From the NCBI GenBank assembly GCA_050734425.1, contig JBOHUL010000083.1, forward strand, positions 6,934-70,933: a DNA stretch of 64,000 nucleotides. The letters run 5' to 3'. Below, in pieces: positions 50,648 to 60,904 of this stretch. Position 1 is the stretch's first letter. The number at the start of each line of letters is the position of its first letter. The translations under genes were made by a program, and so were the position numbers. This DNA comes from Candidatus Dormibacteria bacterium. GTDB taxonomy: Bacteria; Chloroflexota; Dormibacteria; Aeolococcales; Bog-877. A model generated the notes under the pieces. The model was not told where the DNA came from and searched no databases. It saw only the letters and a program-made list of their open reading frames with translations.

Positions 50648-51340
50648 ATGGCGGGTCGATCTGTCACGTATCCCAGTAACGGAAGCTCGGCCGGCGGCTA
50701 CCTGAGCGTCCCTGAGGCCGGCCCCGGTCCCGGCCTGGTGGTGATCCAGGAGTGGTGGGGGGTCAACGACCAGATCAAGAGGACGGCCGACCGCTTCGCC
50801 GCCCAGGGCTACACCGCTTTGGTCCCGGACCTGTACCACGGCCGGGTGGTGGGTTTTCACGAGCCCGACCAGGCTCAGAAGGAGCTGATGGCGATGGACG
50901 AGGCCCGGGCCGCCCGGGAGCTCCGGGGGGCGGTGGATTACCTGATCAGCTCAGGTGACGCCACCGGCGAATACGTCGGTGTCGTCGGCTACTGCATGGG
51001 CGGAGGGCTGGCTCTCAGCCTTGCCGCCGGCCACGAGAAGGTTCGGGCGGCGATTTCCTTCTACGGAACCCCGGCTCAGGGCACGGATCTGGGCAATATC
51101 ACCGGCGCGGTGCAGGTTCACTTCGGCGAGGCGGACGAGTATGCGCCGCCAGAGGCGGTGCAGCAGCTACGGGACGGGCTTCAGGCAACCAAGGTGCCGC
51201 ATGCGATTTACACCTATCCTGGCGCCCACCACGCCTTCGCCAACGAGGACCGCCCCGATGCCCATGACGCCGACGCGGACCGCCTGGCCTGGCAGCGCTC
51301 CCTGGACTTCCTGCAAGAGCAGCTGCCTCGGTCCATGTGA
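50648..51340 (+). CDS. Dienelactone hydrolase family protein
   Basis: Within ORF 50579..51340 the start is the ATG at 50648, after AGGAGG. The product has an alpha/beta hydrolase fold with a nucleophile elbow GYCMGG. Confidence 0.75.
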   Translation: MAGRSVTYPSNGSSAGGYLSVPEAGPGPGLVVIQEWWGVNDQIKRTADRFAAQGYTALVPDLYHGRVVGFHEPDQAQKELMAMDEARAARELRGAVDYLISSGDATGEYVGVVGYCMGGGLALSLAAGHEKVRAAISFYGTPAQGTDLGNITGAVQVHFGEADEYAPPEAVQQLRDGLQATKVPHAIYTYPGAHHAFANEDRPDAHDADADRLAWQRSLDFLQEQLPRSM

Positions 51341-51435
51341 TATCGGGAATCTGCCCGAAGCTGAGCCACGCTGCGTAGCACCGTCCCTGTGTCGTCAGAG
51401 TGGTCGAAGTGTCGGGCGCTCCTCTCGCCTAGATC

Positions 51436-51447
51436 GTGAACGTTCAC
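51436..51447. promoter_or_regulatory. 12-bp perfect palindrome GTGAACGTTCAC in the 290-nt thrC leader
   Basis: Read directly from the sequence. Confidence 0.3.
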
Positions 51448-51630
51448 TGCTCGTCAGCGACTGGGCCGCGTACGAGGCGGTGAACCGCGTCTCTCTGAGC
51501 GTGATCGGCGAGGCAGGCCTTGCCCGGTCAATTTCCGACGGCAGCAGCGGCCGAGGGTAGTACTGGTGGAAGTCGAGATCGCTCTGCAGGTCGCGCCGAA
51601 GCCGGCGCAGGGGAGCGACGGTGCGATGAA

Positions 51631-52881
51631 GTGACCAAGTACAGCTACCTCACCCATTTGTGCTGCAGTCGATGCGCCAAGGAGTACGACGCCGACGTGG
51701 TCCAGGGCGTTTGCGAGTGCTCGGCCCCGCTGCTTGCCCAGTACGATCTCCATGCCCTTGCCAGAGAGACCAACCCGACGCAGTTTGTCGACCGCCCATA
51801 CAGCCTGTGGCGCTACCACGAGCTGCTTCCCGTACGAGCAGCGACTTGCGTCGTCAGCCTCGGCGAGACGATTACACCACTGCTGTCGCTGTCACGATTG
51901 GGGCGTGAGATCGACCTGGAGCGGCTCAGCCTAAAGGACGAGGGGCTGCTTCCGACAGGAACCTTCAAGGCCCGCGGCGCCGCCGTTGGAGTTTCCAGGG
52001 CACGAGAGCTCGGTGTCTCGCGGATAGCGATGCCCACCAACGGCAACGCCGGGGCTGCGTGGGCGGCCTACGGGGCTCGGGCGGGTATGCAGTCCCTGGT
52101 GGTGATGCCGCACGATGCCCCGACGGTTCCGCGGACCGAGTGCGCGATCACTGGCTCTCGGATCTATCTGGTGGACGGGCTGATCGGCGATGCAGGCGTA
52201 GCGGTGTCACAAGCCGTCATTGGCCAGGGCTATATGGAGACATCGACGTTGAAGGAGCCCTATCGCCTCGAAGGGAAAAAGACGATGGGGCTTGAGCTCT
52301 TTGAGCAGTTGGGATGGCGCGTGCCAGATGTGATCATGTATCCAACGGGGGGAGGCGTCGGGCTCATAGGCATCTTCAAGGCCCTTAGGGAGTGCCAGCA
52401 TCTTGGATGGATCGCGTCGAAGGTGCCTAGAATCGTGGCGGTGCAGGCCAGCGGCTGCGCACCGGTCGTCAAGGCGTGGGAGAGTGGTGCGAAAGTGGTA
52501 GAACCATGGCCCAACGCCTCTACTGTCGCGTTCGGGATCACCGTGCCAAAGCCCCTTGGGGACTTCATAATTCTGGAGGCGCTGCGCGCGACCGATGGCT
52601 GCGCCGTTGCGGTGGATGACCCCGATATTGTGTCCGCACAGAGGCGCCTCGCCACCACCGAGGGACTGTTTGTCTGCCCGGAGGGAGCCGCATGCGTCGC
52701 GGCGGCGTCCACGTTGCGCAAGAGGGGTTGGCTCAGCGGTTCTGAGGAAGTTGTGATCTTCAACACGGGCACTGGTCTGCTCTACGCCGGTGGAGTGGAC
52801 CAAAGCTATGTCACCTTGCACAAGGGCGAACCCATCCCGCCGCAGACTAGCGAATTAGACGCGGGCGACTCGCAAGGATAG
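51631..52881 (+). CDS. thrC: Threonine synthase with N-terminal zinc-ribbon
   Basis: Within ORF 51520..52881 the start is the GTG at 51631. A Cys cluster (CCSRC...CEC) is followed by the PLP Lys in TGTFKARGAAV and a tryptophan-synthase-beta-like fold. Confidence 0.8.
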   Translation: MTKYSYLTHLCCSRCAKEYDADVVQGVCECSAPLLAQYDLHALARETNPTQFVDRPYSLWRYHELLPVRAATCVVSLGETITPLLSLSRLGREIDLERLSLKDEGLLPTGTFKARGAAVGVSRARELGVSRIAMPTNGNAGAAWAAYGARAGMQSLVVMPHDAPTVPRTECAITGSRIYLVDGLIGDAGVAVSQAVIGQGYMETSTLKEPYRLEGKKTMGLELFEQLGWRVPDVIMYPTGGGVGLIGIFKALRECQHLGWIASKVPRIVAVQASGCAPVVKAWESGAKVVEPWPNASTVAFGITVPKPLGDFIILEALRATDGCAVAVDDPDIVSAQRRLATTEGLFVCPEGAACVAAASTLRKRGWLSGSEEVVIFNTGTGLLYAGGVDQSYVTLHKGEPIPPQTSELDAGDSQG

Positions 52882-52953
52882 GCCGACGCCAGCGCGCACT
52901 CTGCAGCTGCGAAGAACAGGGGGGGAACCGAGGCTCATCACATTTCAGGGTGA

Positions 52954-52979
52954 GAGGGATGGCACGGAGGGATGGCACG
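52954..52979. repeat. Perfect tandem duplication of the 13-mer GAGGGATGGCACG
   Basis: Read directly from the sequence. It lies in the 220-bp convergent intergenic gap between thrC and yggS. Confidence 0.6.
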
Positions 52980-53102
52980 TAGGTTTGGCGGTCTCGGACC
53001 CTTGCTAGTGGTGCCAACCAAATAGGACGTCGCCGGCACCGTCGGGGTGTTCACGCGGGCTTCGCCCTGCATCCACGGCGCGGCGAGTCGGCGTACTCGC
53101 TC

Positions 53103-53786
53103 TCACCTCGGTCCAAATAGGCGGGTTCCGATGCGCACCTCAGTGCTGCCTTCCTGGATCGCCACCGGGAAGTCCTGGCTCATGCCCATGCTGAGCGTCG
53201 GGAGAGTGCGGCCGCTGCGGTGGCGGAGCTGCTCCAACAGCTGCCGGCAGGCTTGGAACGCCGGAGCCGGATTGCCGGATAGTGCGACGGTCATGAGGCC
53301 TTCGATGACGATCCCCTCGACTGCCAGCAGGTCGTCGAGTTGGCCAAGAAGCGCCTCCGGAACGAGCCCGGAGCGCCCGGGCAGTCCGGTCAGGGCCACC
53401 TCCAGGAGCGCCGGCAGCGGTGGCAGTCCCACGCGCGCCCGACCCAGGCGCCGGGCCAACTCCAGGCTGTCCACGCTTTCCACGGTCTGAAAGAGCCTGG
53501 CCGCACGCCCTGTCTTGTTGCTCTGGAGATGGCCCAGGAGATGCCAGCCGACCTGGGGCGATCCCTGGAGCTCGAGCTCGGACGCCTTGGCCCGACACTC
53601 CTGGACGTAGCTCTCGCCCAACTCCGTGAGCCCCAGTCCCAGAGCCAGCGTGACCAGTTCCAGAGGCTGGCCCTTGGTCACGGGCAGGAGATGGACGCTG
53701 CCGGCGGGTCGTCCGGCGTCGCGTTCGGCCTGCCGTATCTCGTCGGTCAGCTCCTCGAACCGCTGGCGGAGCTCCTCCTCGCTCAG
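53103..53786 (-). CDS. yggS: PLP homeostasis protein YggS family (UPF0001)
   Basis: The conserved N-terminus (TLSEEELRQRFEELTDEIRQAERDAGRPAGSVHLLPVTKGQP, including the PLP Lys) lies upstream of the only canonical start, the GTG at 53681. The minus-strand frame is open as far as 53786 and contains no ATG, GTG or TTG. A CTG overlaps the nrdR stop (CTGA). Confidence 0.6.
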   Translation of the reverse strand: MSEEELRQRFEELTDEIRQAERDAGRPAGSVHLLPVTKGQPLELVTLALGLGLTELGESYVQECRAKASELELQGSPQVGWHLLGHLQSNKTGRAARLFQTVESVDSLELARRLGRARVGLPPLPALLEVALTGLPGRSGLVPEALLGQLDDLLAVEGIVIEGLMTVALSGNPAPAFQACRQLLEQLRHRSGRTLPTLSMGMSQDFPVAIQEGSTEVRIGTRLFGPR

Positions 53787-54286
53787 CGTGGCTGGGACCG
53801 CCGCGAGCTCTTGGCCTTGGAACCGGCCGCCGCGGCACCGGACAGCAAATGGTCGATCTCATTGCGGACCTCGGAGACGTCACGAAAGGAGCGGTAGACC
53901 GAGGCGAAGCGGACGTAGGCCACATCGTCGAGATGGCGCAAGCGCTCCATCACCAACTCCCCAACCTCGACGCTGGCCAGCTCCGACTGACCTCTTCCTC
54001 TGAGCTCCGCCTCCACCTCCTCCACCACCTGCGAGATGACGGTGGGGGAGATGTCGCGCTTGGCGCAGGCGTGCATCAATCCCTGAAAGAGCTTGGCCCG
54101 GTCGAAATTCTCGCGGCGTCCGTCCTTCTTGACGATGTAGAAGGGGACGGATTCGATCCGCTCGTAGGTGGTGAAGCGCTTGTTGCAGTTGTTGCAGGCC
54201 CGGCGGCGGCGGATAGCCTCACCCGTCTCCGAGTCGCGGGAGTCGACCACCCGCTGGTCGTCGTGGTTGCAGTAGGGGCAGCGCAC
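53783..54286 (-). CDS. nrdR: Transcriptional repressor NrdR
   Basis: The GTG at 54286 (VRCPYCNHDDQRVVDSRDSE) follows GGAGG. The product has a zinc ribbon followed by an ATP-cone. It lies within the larger ORF 53783..54424. Confidence 0.85.
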   Translation of the reverse strand: MRCPYCNHDDQRVVDSRDSETGEAIRRRRACNNCNKRFTTYERIESVPFYIVKKDGRRENFDRAKLFQGLMHACAKRDISPTVISQVVEEVEAELRGRGQSELASVEVGELVMERLRHLDDVAYVRFASVYRSFRDVSEVRNEIDHLLSGAAAAGSKAKSSRRSQPR

Positions 54287-54491
54287 GGCCTGAGCCTCCA
54301 GAGATCCATAGCGCCCGACATGTGGGGCCTGTGGACAAATTGTATACCTCATCTTGTGGTCGAGCCCCTGCTGGGGGATTGCTTGTGGTCTCGGCCGCGG
54401 CCGCTGAGATCGGCCTGGTGTCACTGCAAGCGTGATGCCACCCCATGGGTGGAACAGGTCCGCGCTCGCTCCGTGGGTGTGAGCCTAGTTG

Positions 54492-55475
54492 CTACAGGTT
54501 GACGCCGCTCATGTCGCTATAGCGGTCGCCACTGGCGGCGCCCGGCGGGAGCGCCTCATCGATCTGAAGCAGCGTCTCTTGATCGAGGCGGAGCTCAGTC
54601 GCGGCGACGTTCTCCTCCAGATAACGGCGGCGCTTGGTGCCTGGGATCGGGGCGATGTCCTGGCCCTGGTGCAGCAGCCAGGCCAGCGCCAGCTGGGCCG
54701 GGGTCGCGCCCTTGGCCCGGGCCAGCTCGCGCACCTTGTCGGCAAGCTCCAGGTTGTGCTGGCGATGCTCATCCATGAAGCGGGGGTAGCGTCGGCGGCG
54801 GAAGTCGCCTTCGCCGATCTCGGCCAGCTCAGGGGGCGCCGCCGCCAGCAGACCCCGGCCCAGGGGGCTGTAGGCGACGAAGCCGATCCCGAGCTCGCGC
54901 AGGGTCGGCAGCAGCTCCGCCTCCGGATCCCTGGAGAAGAGGGAGAACTCGGTCTGGAGCGCCGAGATTGGATGGACGGCGTGAGCCCGGCGCACGGTCG
55001 TGGGCGAGGCCTCGGAGAGGCCCAGGTAGCGAACCTTTCCCTGGTCCACGAGCTGGGCCATGGCCCCCACCGTCTCCTCGATCGGGACCTTGGGGTCGAC
55101 CCGATGCTGGTAGTAGAGGTCGATGTGGTCCAGCTGGAGCCGGGTCAGCGATGCCTCACAGGCGCGGCGGACATACTCAGGCCGGCCGTTGACGCCGACG
55201 AAGGAGCCGTCGTCGCGGCGTTCGTTGCCGAACTTGGTGGCCACTACCGCCTGCTCGCGCCGCCCCAGGAGCGCCTCGCCCAGGAGCCGCTCGTTGCTGA
55301 AGGGCCCGTACATGTCGGCGGTGTCGAAGAAGTCGACGCCAAGCTCCAGGGCCCGCTGGATGGTGGCCGCCGACTCCCGATCGTCGGTTGGTCCATAGAA
55401 CTCGGACATGCCCATGCAGCCCAACCCCAGCGCGCTCACCACCAGACCCTGGCGGCCCAGGCTTCGTCTCTCCAA
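54492..55475 (-). CDS. Aldo/keto reductase
   Basis: The TTG at 55475 ([24 protein letters not shown]) follows GGGAG. The AKR catalytic tetrad context is present (DTADMYG, KFG). It lies within the shadow-extended ORF 54492..56336. Confidence 0.8.
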   Translation of the reverse strand: MERRSLGRQGLVVSALGLGCMGMSEFYGPTDDRESAATIQRALELGVDFFDTADMYGPFSNERLLGEALLGRREQAVVATKFGNERRDDGSFVGVNGRPEYVRRACEASLTRLQLDHIDLYYQHRVDPKVPIEETVGAMAQLVDQGKVRYLGLSEASPTTVRRAHAVHPISALQTEFSLFSRDPEAELLPTLRELGIGFVAYSPLGRGLLAAAPPELAEIGEGDFRRRRYPRFMDEHRQHNLELADKVRELARAKGATPAQLALAWLLHQGQDIAPIPGTKRRRYLEENVAATELRLDQETLLQIDEALPPGAASGDRYSDMSGVNL

Positions 55476-55634
55476 CCGGCACTCCCGCTTTGAGTTCGAC
55501 CCAACTCTGATGGTAACCCCCGGGGGGGATTGCCCCGGCTTGGGACCTGACCTGACCCGCCGCCGGCATGGGGAACGTCGAGGGTGTGCTTTGCTCGCCC
55601 AGTGTCTGTGCGATTGCGACGCCCACGAGCGTTG

Positions 55635-56207
55635 ATGGAGCAGGTGGATACCGTGCCCGTCGTGGACAAGACCCTGCCCGCCTGGACCCGGCCCGAGCGG
55701 CGGGAGGCGGCACCGCTTTCCTTCGATGAGGTGTACCAGCGGCACCAGCTTGCCGTCTATCGCTACTGCCTCGCCCGTTTGGCCGACCCCGAGGCCGCCC
55801 GGGACGCCGCCGCCACCACCTTTGTGAAGGCGCTGCGCGCCTATGGCCGCGCTCGGCCCGATGCCACCGGGGTGCGGCTCTGGCTTCTCCGCATCGCCGG
55901 CAACGTGGTCAAAGACGAGGTGCGCCATCGCCGCCGCTCCTGGCGGCTCCTGGGTGCTCTGCTCCGGAGCGTCCCTGCACCTCCGGACCCCGAGGAACGC
56001 GTCTTGCTGGGGTCCGAGGTGGAGCAGGTCATGGACGCCCTGACCCAGCTCTCCGACCGCGACCAACGCCTTGTCGCGCTTCGCTGTGGCGCCGGGCTCG
56101 CCTACCGGGACGTGGCTCAGGCCATGGGCATGACCGAGAACGCCGCCCGGGTGGCCACGGGCCGAGCCCTGGGGCGGCTGCGGCAGACGGTCGAGGGACG
56201 AGGGTGA
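55635..56207 (+). CDS. ECF sigma factor
   Basis: Within ORF 55584..56207 the start is the ATG at 55635. The product has sigma region 2 ([25 protein letters not shown]) and region 4 ([35 protein letters not shown]). Confidence 0.75.
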   Translation: MEQVDTVPVVDKTLPAWTRPERREAAPLSFDEVYQRHQLAVYRYCLARLADPEAARDAAATTFVKALRAYGRARPDATGVRLWLLRIAGNVVKDEVRHRRRSWRLLGALLRSVPAPPDPEERVLLGSEVEQVMDALTQLSDRDQRLVALRCGAGLAYRDVAQAMGMTENAARVATGRALGRLRQTVEGRG

Positions 56208-57496
56208 CGGACCCTCGAACTCCCGACGAGCGTTGGCTGGAACGGGTGCTGGACCGGATGGCCCAGGGACGTCCCCTGGGCCCGGCGCCAACTCCGTCGC
56301 GCAACCGCGGCCAGAGCCAGCGCCGCTGGGTTGCACCCCTCGCCGGCGTGCTCGTGGCCGCGCTCGTGACTGGCGCGGTGCTTGTACCCCGGCTGCTGGA
56401 GCCGCTGGGGGGAAGCGCCGCTGGTGCGTCGGCCCGATCCTGCCGGGTGAGCCTGCCCCAGAGCTGGCGCCGTGCCATTCGAGACGGCGGGCACGCGGAC
56501 CCCGAGGGCAACGCCCAGAACGGAGTTTTGGTCTTCCCCGGGGGCATCTATCCCCCGACGGGGACGTACTTCGACGCCGACGGCACGGGGGTCTTCGAAG
56601 TCAACATCACCTCCGGCGCGACCGAGCCCATCTACCAGTTCCCTCAGACGCTCACAGGGTCTGAGGCAGTCAACCTGGATTCGAGCTTCAACGGCAGCTG
56701 GCTGGTTTTCGGTCTGACGCGGGGGCGGGGTGGCTCTGGACCCACGACCCTCTTGGCCTGGAACCGGGCCAGCGGGGCCGTGACCACGGTTGTTCCCGAG
56801 GTGGCCAAGGGCGAGTCGATCCGCTTCGGACTGGACCTGGGCCAGCCCAAGGCGGGCTACCTGTGGTGGACCGACTCCCCGCTAAAGGGGTTGGGAGTGC
56901 TGCACCTCATGCGGTTGTCCACTGGCTCCAGCAGAGCGTTCCGGGTCACGTTCCACTATGTCACCCGCCTCGAGCCGGTCGCGTACCTCCACGGGCGCCT
57001 GCTCTACACCTACACCTATCTCGACCGCCAAGGCATCCACACTGCCGTCGCCGGGATTCGGCTGAGCAACGGGTCTCGAGTGCGTCTATCTGGGCACCTG
57101 GCTGCCCAGCTGCGTGAACTCGGCCCCGGCACGACCTTCGACCAGGTGGATGGGGCCGGAGCCAGCTGGATCGGCCACAAGGGTTACCTCCACCTCTGGC
57201 CCACGGGTTCGCGCAAGCCCAGCCGGACCCTGCTGCTGGGGAGCGGCCAACCGGCAACGCTGGCTGACGGGTTCGCCGTCTTCGGCCAAGCCCTGCCCCC
57301 CACCGGTGTGGAGGTTGCCGAGGTGGCGGACTTTGGTTCCCGGTCCTACGCCATTCTCGGCCAAGGGATTGCTGCGACGTCGGGGAGCTGGATCTCGCTG
57401 CTGATCCAGCCGCCGGCAACCCAACAATTTGGGACAGACACGATTGCCGTCTTCAACACCGCCGGCCTCCCTCCACTTCCGAGCTGCCACGCCTGA
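56204..57496 (+). CDS. Anti-sigma factor-like membrane protein
   Basis: The GTG overlaps the sigma stop (GTGA). The protein has a cytoplasmic N-terminus, a TM ([20 protein letters not shown]) and a roughly 350-aa extracytoplasmic domain. Confidence 0.65.
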   Translation: MTDPRTPDERWLERVLDRMAQGRPLGPAPTPSRNRGQSQRRWVAPLAGVLVAALVTGAVLVPRLLEPLGGSAAGASARSCRVSLPQSWRRAIRDGGHADPEGNAQNGVLVFPGGIYPPTGTYFDADGTGVFEVNITSGATEPIYQFPQTLTGSEAVNLDSSFNGSWLVFGLTRGRGGSGPTTLLAWNRASGAVTTVVPEVAKGESIRFGLDLGQPKAGYLWWTDSPLKGLGVLHLMRLSTGSSRAFRVTFHYVTRLEPVAYLHGRLLYTYTYLDRQGIHTAVAGIRLSNGSRVRLSGHLAAQLRELGPGTTFDQVDGAGASWIGHKGYLHLWPTGSRKPSRTLLLGSGQPATLADGFAVFGQALPPTGVEVAEVADFGSRSYAILGQGIAATSGSWISLLIQPPATQQFGTDTIAVFNTAGLPPLPSCHA

Positions 57497-57726
57497 CCTG
57501 CCGTTGTGAGCGCCGAGCGGACTCAGATGGCGGAGAATGCGCCACGGGCAGCTGCCCGGGTGCCACGGAGGCCGTAGCAGTCCCGAGGTCCCGTCCCAAC
57601 CGCTGGCGTGCTCGCCGGGGGCGGTCTCAGGGGGGCTGTCAGCCTGACGCTCTACCCGGACAGCTTCGAGATCATCAAGGACCTGGTCGATGTTCGGCGA
57701 GGGTGAGCGGCTGCCCCGGGGCGGGA

Positions 57727-58380
57727 TCAGGGAGGGGCGAGAATCCCCGCCGGGCAGCTGACCCCGGTGCCGTGGACTCCGCAGTAGCCCTGGGGATTCT
57801 TCTCCAGGTACTGCTGGTGGTACTCCTCGGCGTAGTAGAAGGGCCCGGCCCCGACGATCTCGGTCGTGATCTCACCCAGGCCCGCCCGGGACAGGGACCC
57901 CTGGTATTCGTCCCGGGAGCGCTCCGCCAGCCGGCGCTGCTCTTCACTGAGGAAGTAGATGGCGGAGCGGTACTGCGTGCCCGCGTCCGCGCCCTGGCGC
58001 ATCCCTTGGGTGGGGTCGTGGTTCTCCCAGAAGGTCTTGAGCAGTGTGGGGTAGTTGAGACGCTTGGGGTCGTAGACGACGAGCACCGACTCGGCATGGC
58101 CGGTGCGGCTGGAGCAGACCTCCTCGTAGGTGGGGTTGGGCGTCAGACCACCGCTGTATCCGACCGCGGTGGCGTGCACCCCCGGCAGGCGCCAGAAGGT
58201 GGGTTCGGAACCCCAGAAGCAGCCCATGGCGAAGATCGCCTGCTGGCTCCCCTCCGGGAAGGGCGGCCGCAGCCCGGTCCCGAGGACAGCGTGGAGACGG
58301 CTCAGCGGCATCTCCAGGGTCCGGCCCGGGAGCGTCCGCTCCGGCGCCGGCATCGCAGTCCTGGCGGTATCCGAGCTCAT
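57727..58380 (-). CDS. msrA: Peptide methionine sulfoxide reductase MsrA
   Basis: The active-site GCFWG is present. An imperfect hairpin overlaps the stop. Confidence 0.85.
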   Translation of the reverse strand: MSSDTARTAMPAPERTLPGRTLEMPLSRLHAVLGTGLRPPFPEGSQQAIFAMGCFWGSEPTFWRLPGVHATAVGYSGGLTPNPTYEEVCSSRTGHAESVLVVYDPKRLNYPTLLKTFWENHDPTQGMRQGADAGTQYRSAIYFLSEEQRRLAERSRDEYQGSLSRAGLGEITTEIVGAGPFYYAEEYHQQYLEKNPQGYCGVHGTGVSCPAGILAPP

Positions 58381-58467
58381 TCTGGCCCCATCTCCACTGA
58401 AAACACCCGCAGTCTAAGGTAGCACCGCGTCCGGCCCTCCCCACCGTATTCCCCGGCGGAGCCCGAC

Positions 58468-59244
58468 CTACTCCCAGCGGAAGAAGAGGACGGCGGCGAG
58501 CACCGCCGCCGCGGCCCAGCCCCCTAGCAGCGCCAGGTCCGAGGCCTGAGGCACTGTTCCCCCCATCACCGCCCGCAGCGACGAGCTCATCGCCGCGGCC
58601 GGCAGGACGTGGGCCAGGGGCTGGATCCAGAGCGGGAGGTGGTCCACCGGCAGCACAACGCCTCCCAGGACCAGGAACAGGATGAAGATCCCGTTGGCGC
58701 CGCCCAAGGTGAGCTCGGCCCGGAGCGCCCCGGCCAGTGTCAGGCCCATGGCGGCGAAGAGGATCGCGCCCCCGAAGAGGACCAGGACCGTCAGAGCCGG
58801 CGAGCCCTGCCCCCGCCAGCCCAGTCCCAGCATGGCGATCAGTACCAAGAGCACCACCTGGAGCACCTCCACCACCAGCACCCCAGCGGCCTTGGCCGCG
58901 GCCAAGGCCGACCGGGGCAGTGGGGTTCCTCCGAGCCGCTTCAGGACCTGGTAGTAGCGCTGGTAGGCGGTCGAGATGCCCAGGGTGACGAGGCCGGTGG
59001 ACATCAGGGCCACGGTCAGGATCCCCGGGAGCAGGAACTGGACGGGCTTGACCCCGCCCACGGGGAAGATTCGGGCGCTGGTGAAGAGCACCAGCAAGAG
59101 CACCGGGAGGATGACGATCACCAGGAGGTTCTCCCCCTGACGCAGCAGCAGGGTCAGCTCCACGCGGAACTGGGCCACAAAGACCCGGCTCCAGGGGGCT
59201 GCCTGTGGCGTCCGCTCTCGCCCCAACGAGGTCGCCGGGTTCAC
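58468..59244 (-). CDS. ABC-2 type transporter permease
   Basis: Six hydrophobic helices. The GTG start overlaps the ATPase stop (GTGA). Confidence 0.75.
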   Translation of the reverse strand: MNPATSLGRERTPQAAPWSRVFVAQFRVELTLLLRQGENLLVIVILPVLLLVLFTSARIFPVGGVKPVQFLLPGILTVALMSTGLVTLGISTAYQRYYQVLKRLGGTPLPRSALAAAKAAGVLVVEVLQVVLLVLIAMLGLGWRGQGSPALTVLVLFGGAILFAAMGLTLAGALRAELTLGGANGIFILFLVLGGVVLPVDHLPLWIQPLAHVLPAAAMSSSLRAVMGGTVPQASDLALLGGWAAAAVLAAVLFFRWE

Positions 59245-60167
59245 CTCGGGGTCTCGGTCAGGCGCAGGTAGACCTCCTCAAGCGAGCTCCGCCCCAGCCT
59301 CAGCGCGGCCAGCTGCGGGCCCTCGCCGCGGAGCAGTTCCGTGATCTGGGCGGCCGCGTCCCGGGGCGAGGGGCTGCGGAGCTCGTAGGCGGCCCGACCC
59401 AGATCGGTCACCTCGGCCACCGCCGGCAGCCCGCGCAGGCGCTCCAGCAGGAACGGTGCCAACTCGCCGTCCAGCTCCAAGCGGATGCGGTCGCCGCCAC
59501 CGTCCTGGCGCAGCCGACTCGGGGAGTCGAAGGCCATCAGCCGGCCCCGGTTGAGGATCGCCACCCGGTCGGCCAGACGCTCGGCCTCCTCCATCGAGTG
59601 GGTGGTCAGGATGATGGTCGTACCGCCGCTGCGGGCCTGTTCCACGATCTCCCAGGTCAGCAGCCGGGCCCGGGGGTCCATGCCCGCCGTGGGCTCGTCC
59701 AAGAAGAGCAGCCTGGGCCGCCCCACCAGGGCCAGGGCCAAGGCTAGGCGCTGCTTCTCCCCGCCGGAGAGCTGACGATAGCGGGCGCCGGCCCTCTGGC
59801 TCAGACCCACCCGTTCCAGGAGCTCGAGCTGGTCCAGGGGATCGGCGAAGAAGCTGGCGAAGAGCCGCAGCGTCTCCCTCACCTTGAGAGTGGGGTAGAC
59901 GCCTCCCTCCTGGAGCATCAGGCCCACCAGCGGCCGGAGCTGGCGTCCCTGCTGCCGGGGATCGAGGCCCAGGACCCGGACCCGACCCAAGTCGGGCCGT
60001 CGATACCCCTCCAGGATCTCGACCGTCGTGGTCTTGCCGGCGCCGTTGGGGCCCAGGATGGCGACCGCCTCGCCGGAGGCGATCTCCAGGTCGAGACCCT
60101 CCAGCGCCAGGAGGGCGCCATAGGACTTGCGCAGCCCACTGACCGAGACCGCCGGCCCCGCGTTCAA
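59241..60167 (-). CDS. ABC transporter ATP-binding protein (ABC-2 exporter type)
   Basis: Walker A (GPNGAGKTT), signature LSGGEKQR and Walker B (LLFLDEPT). The TTG start overlaps the regulator stop (TTGA). Confidence 0.85.
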   Translation of the reverse strand: MNAGPAVSVSGLRKSYGALLALEGLDLEIASGEAVAILGPNGAGKTTTVEILEGYRRPDLGRVRVLGLDPRQQGRQLRPLVGLMLQEGGVYPTLKVRETLRLFASFFADPLDQLELLERVGLSQRAGARYRQLSGGEKQRLALALALVGRPRLLFLDEPTAGMDPRARLLTWEIVEQARSGGTTIILTTHSMEEAERLADRVAILNRGRLMAFDSPSRLRQDGGGDRIRLELDGELAPFLLERLRGLPAVAEVTDLGRAAYELRSPSPRDAAAQITELLRGEGPQLAALRLGRSSLEEVYLRLTETPR

Positions 60168-60904
60168 AGGCCGCCCTCGACCCCCTTGGCCAGATCCAGG
60201 CGGTAGCCGACCCCGAAGACGGTCCCGATCCTGAAGGGCAGGGTGGGGAAGCTCTCGAACTTCTCCCGGAGCCAGCGGATGTGCACCGCCACCGTCTGGT
60301 CGTCGCCACCGAAGTCCTGGCCCCAGACCGCTCGGAGCAACGCCTTGCGGCTGTGGGCCCGGCCCGGGTTTTGGAGCAGGTAGTGGAGCAGGCTGAACTC
60401 CTTGGGGCTCATCTTGACCTCCTGGCCGGCGACGGTGAGGCGGCGGGCGGCTGGGTCCAGCACCAGTTCCCCCAGCTCCAGCCGTGCCGCCGCAGCCCGG
60501 GGGCGGGCGGGTCGCTCGGCCCGTCGCAGCAGGGCCTCGACCCGGGCCAGGAACTCCTTGATCCCAAAGGGCTTGGTCATATAGTCGTCTGCGCCCAGCT
60601 CCAGCCCCTCGACCTTCTCAGGCTCAGAGGCCCGCGCGGTGAGCATCAGGATGGGCACGTCCGACTCGCGCCGGAGGATGCGGCAGACCTCCTCGCCGCC
60701 CAGCTCCGGCAGCATCAGGTCCAGAACCACCAGGTCCGGCGGCCGCCGCCGGGCCTGCTCCAGGCCCCGCGTGCCACTGCCGGCCTCGGCCACCACGTAG
60801 CCGTGGGCGGCCAGGTTGTAGCGGAGCGTCATCCGCACCGTCTCGTCGTCTTCGACGATGAGGATCCGGCGCCCCCGGCCGGCGTTGGCGCCTTCCAGGG
60901 CCAC
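60164..60904 (-). CDS. OmpR-family response regulator (RegX3/PhoP-like)
   Basis: The GTG at 60904 overlaps the phoU stop (TAGTG). The product has REC (RILIVEDDETV...DLVVLDLMLP) and a winged helix (LSPKEFSLL...GVGYRL). It lies within ORF 60164..61030. Confidence 0.85.
   Translation of the reverse strand: MALEGANAGRGRRILIVEDDETVRMTLRYNLAAHGYVVAEAGSGTRGLEQARRRPPDLVVLDLMLPELGGEEVCRILRRESDVPILMLTARASEPEKVEGLELGADDYMTKPFGIKEFLARVEALLRRAERPARPRAAAARLELGELVLDPAARRLTVAGQEVKMSPKEFSLLHYLLQNPGRAHSRKALLRAVWGQDFGGDDQTVAVHIRWLREKFESFPTLPFRIGTVFGVGYRLDLAKGVEGGL

Noticed and set aside
51341-51630. T-box-like string GGGTAGTACTGGTGGAAG in the thrC leader
   Set aside because: It deviates substantially from the T-box consensus (AATTAGGGTGGTACCGCG), and no specifier or antiterminator architecture was identifiable by eye.
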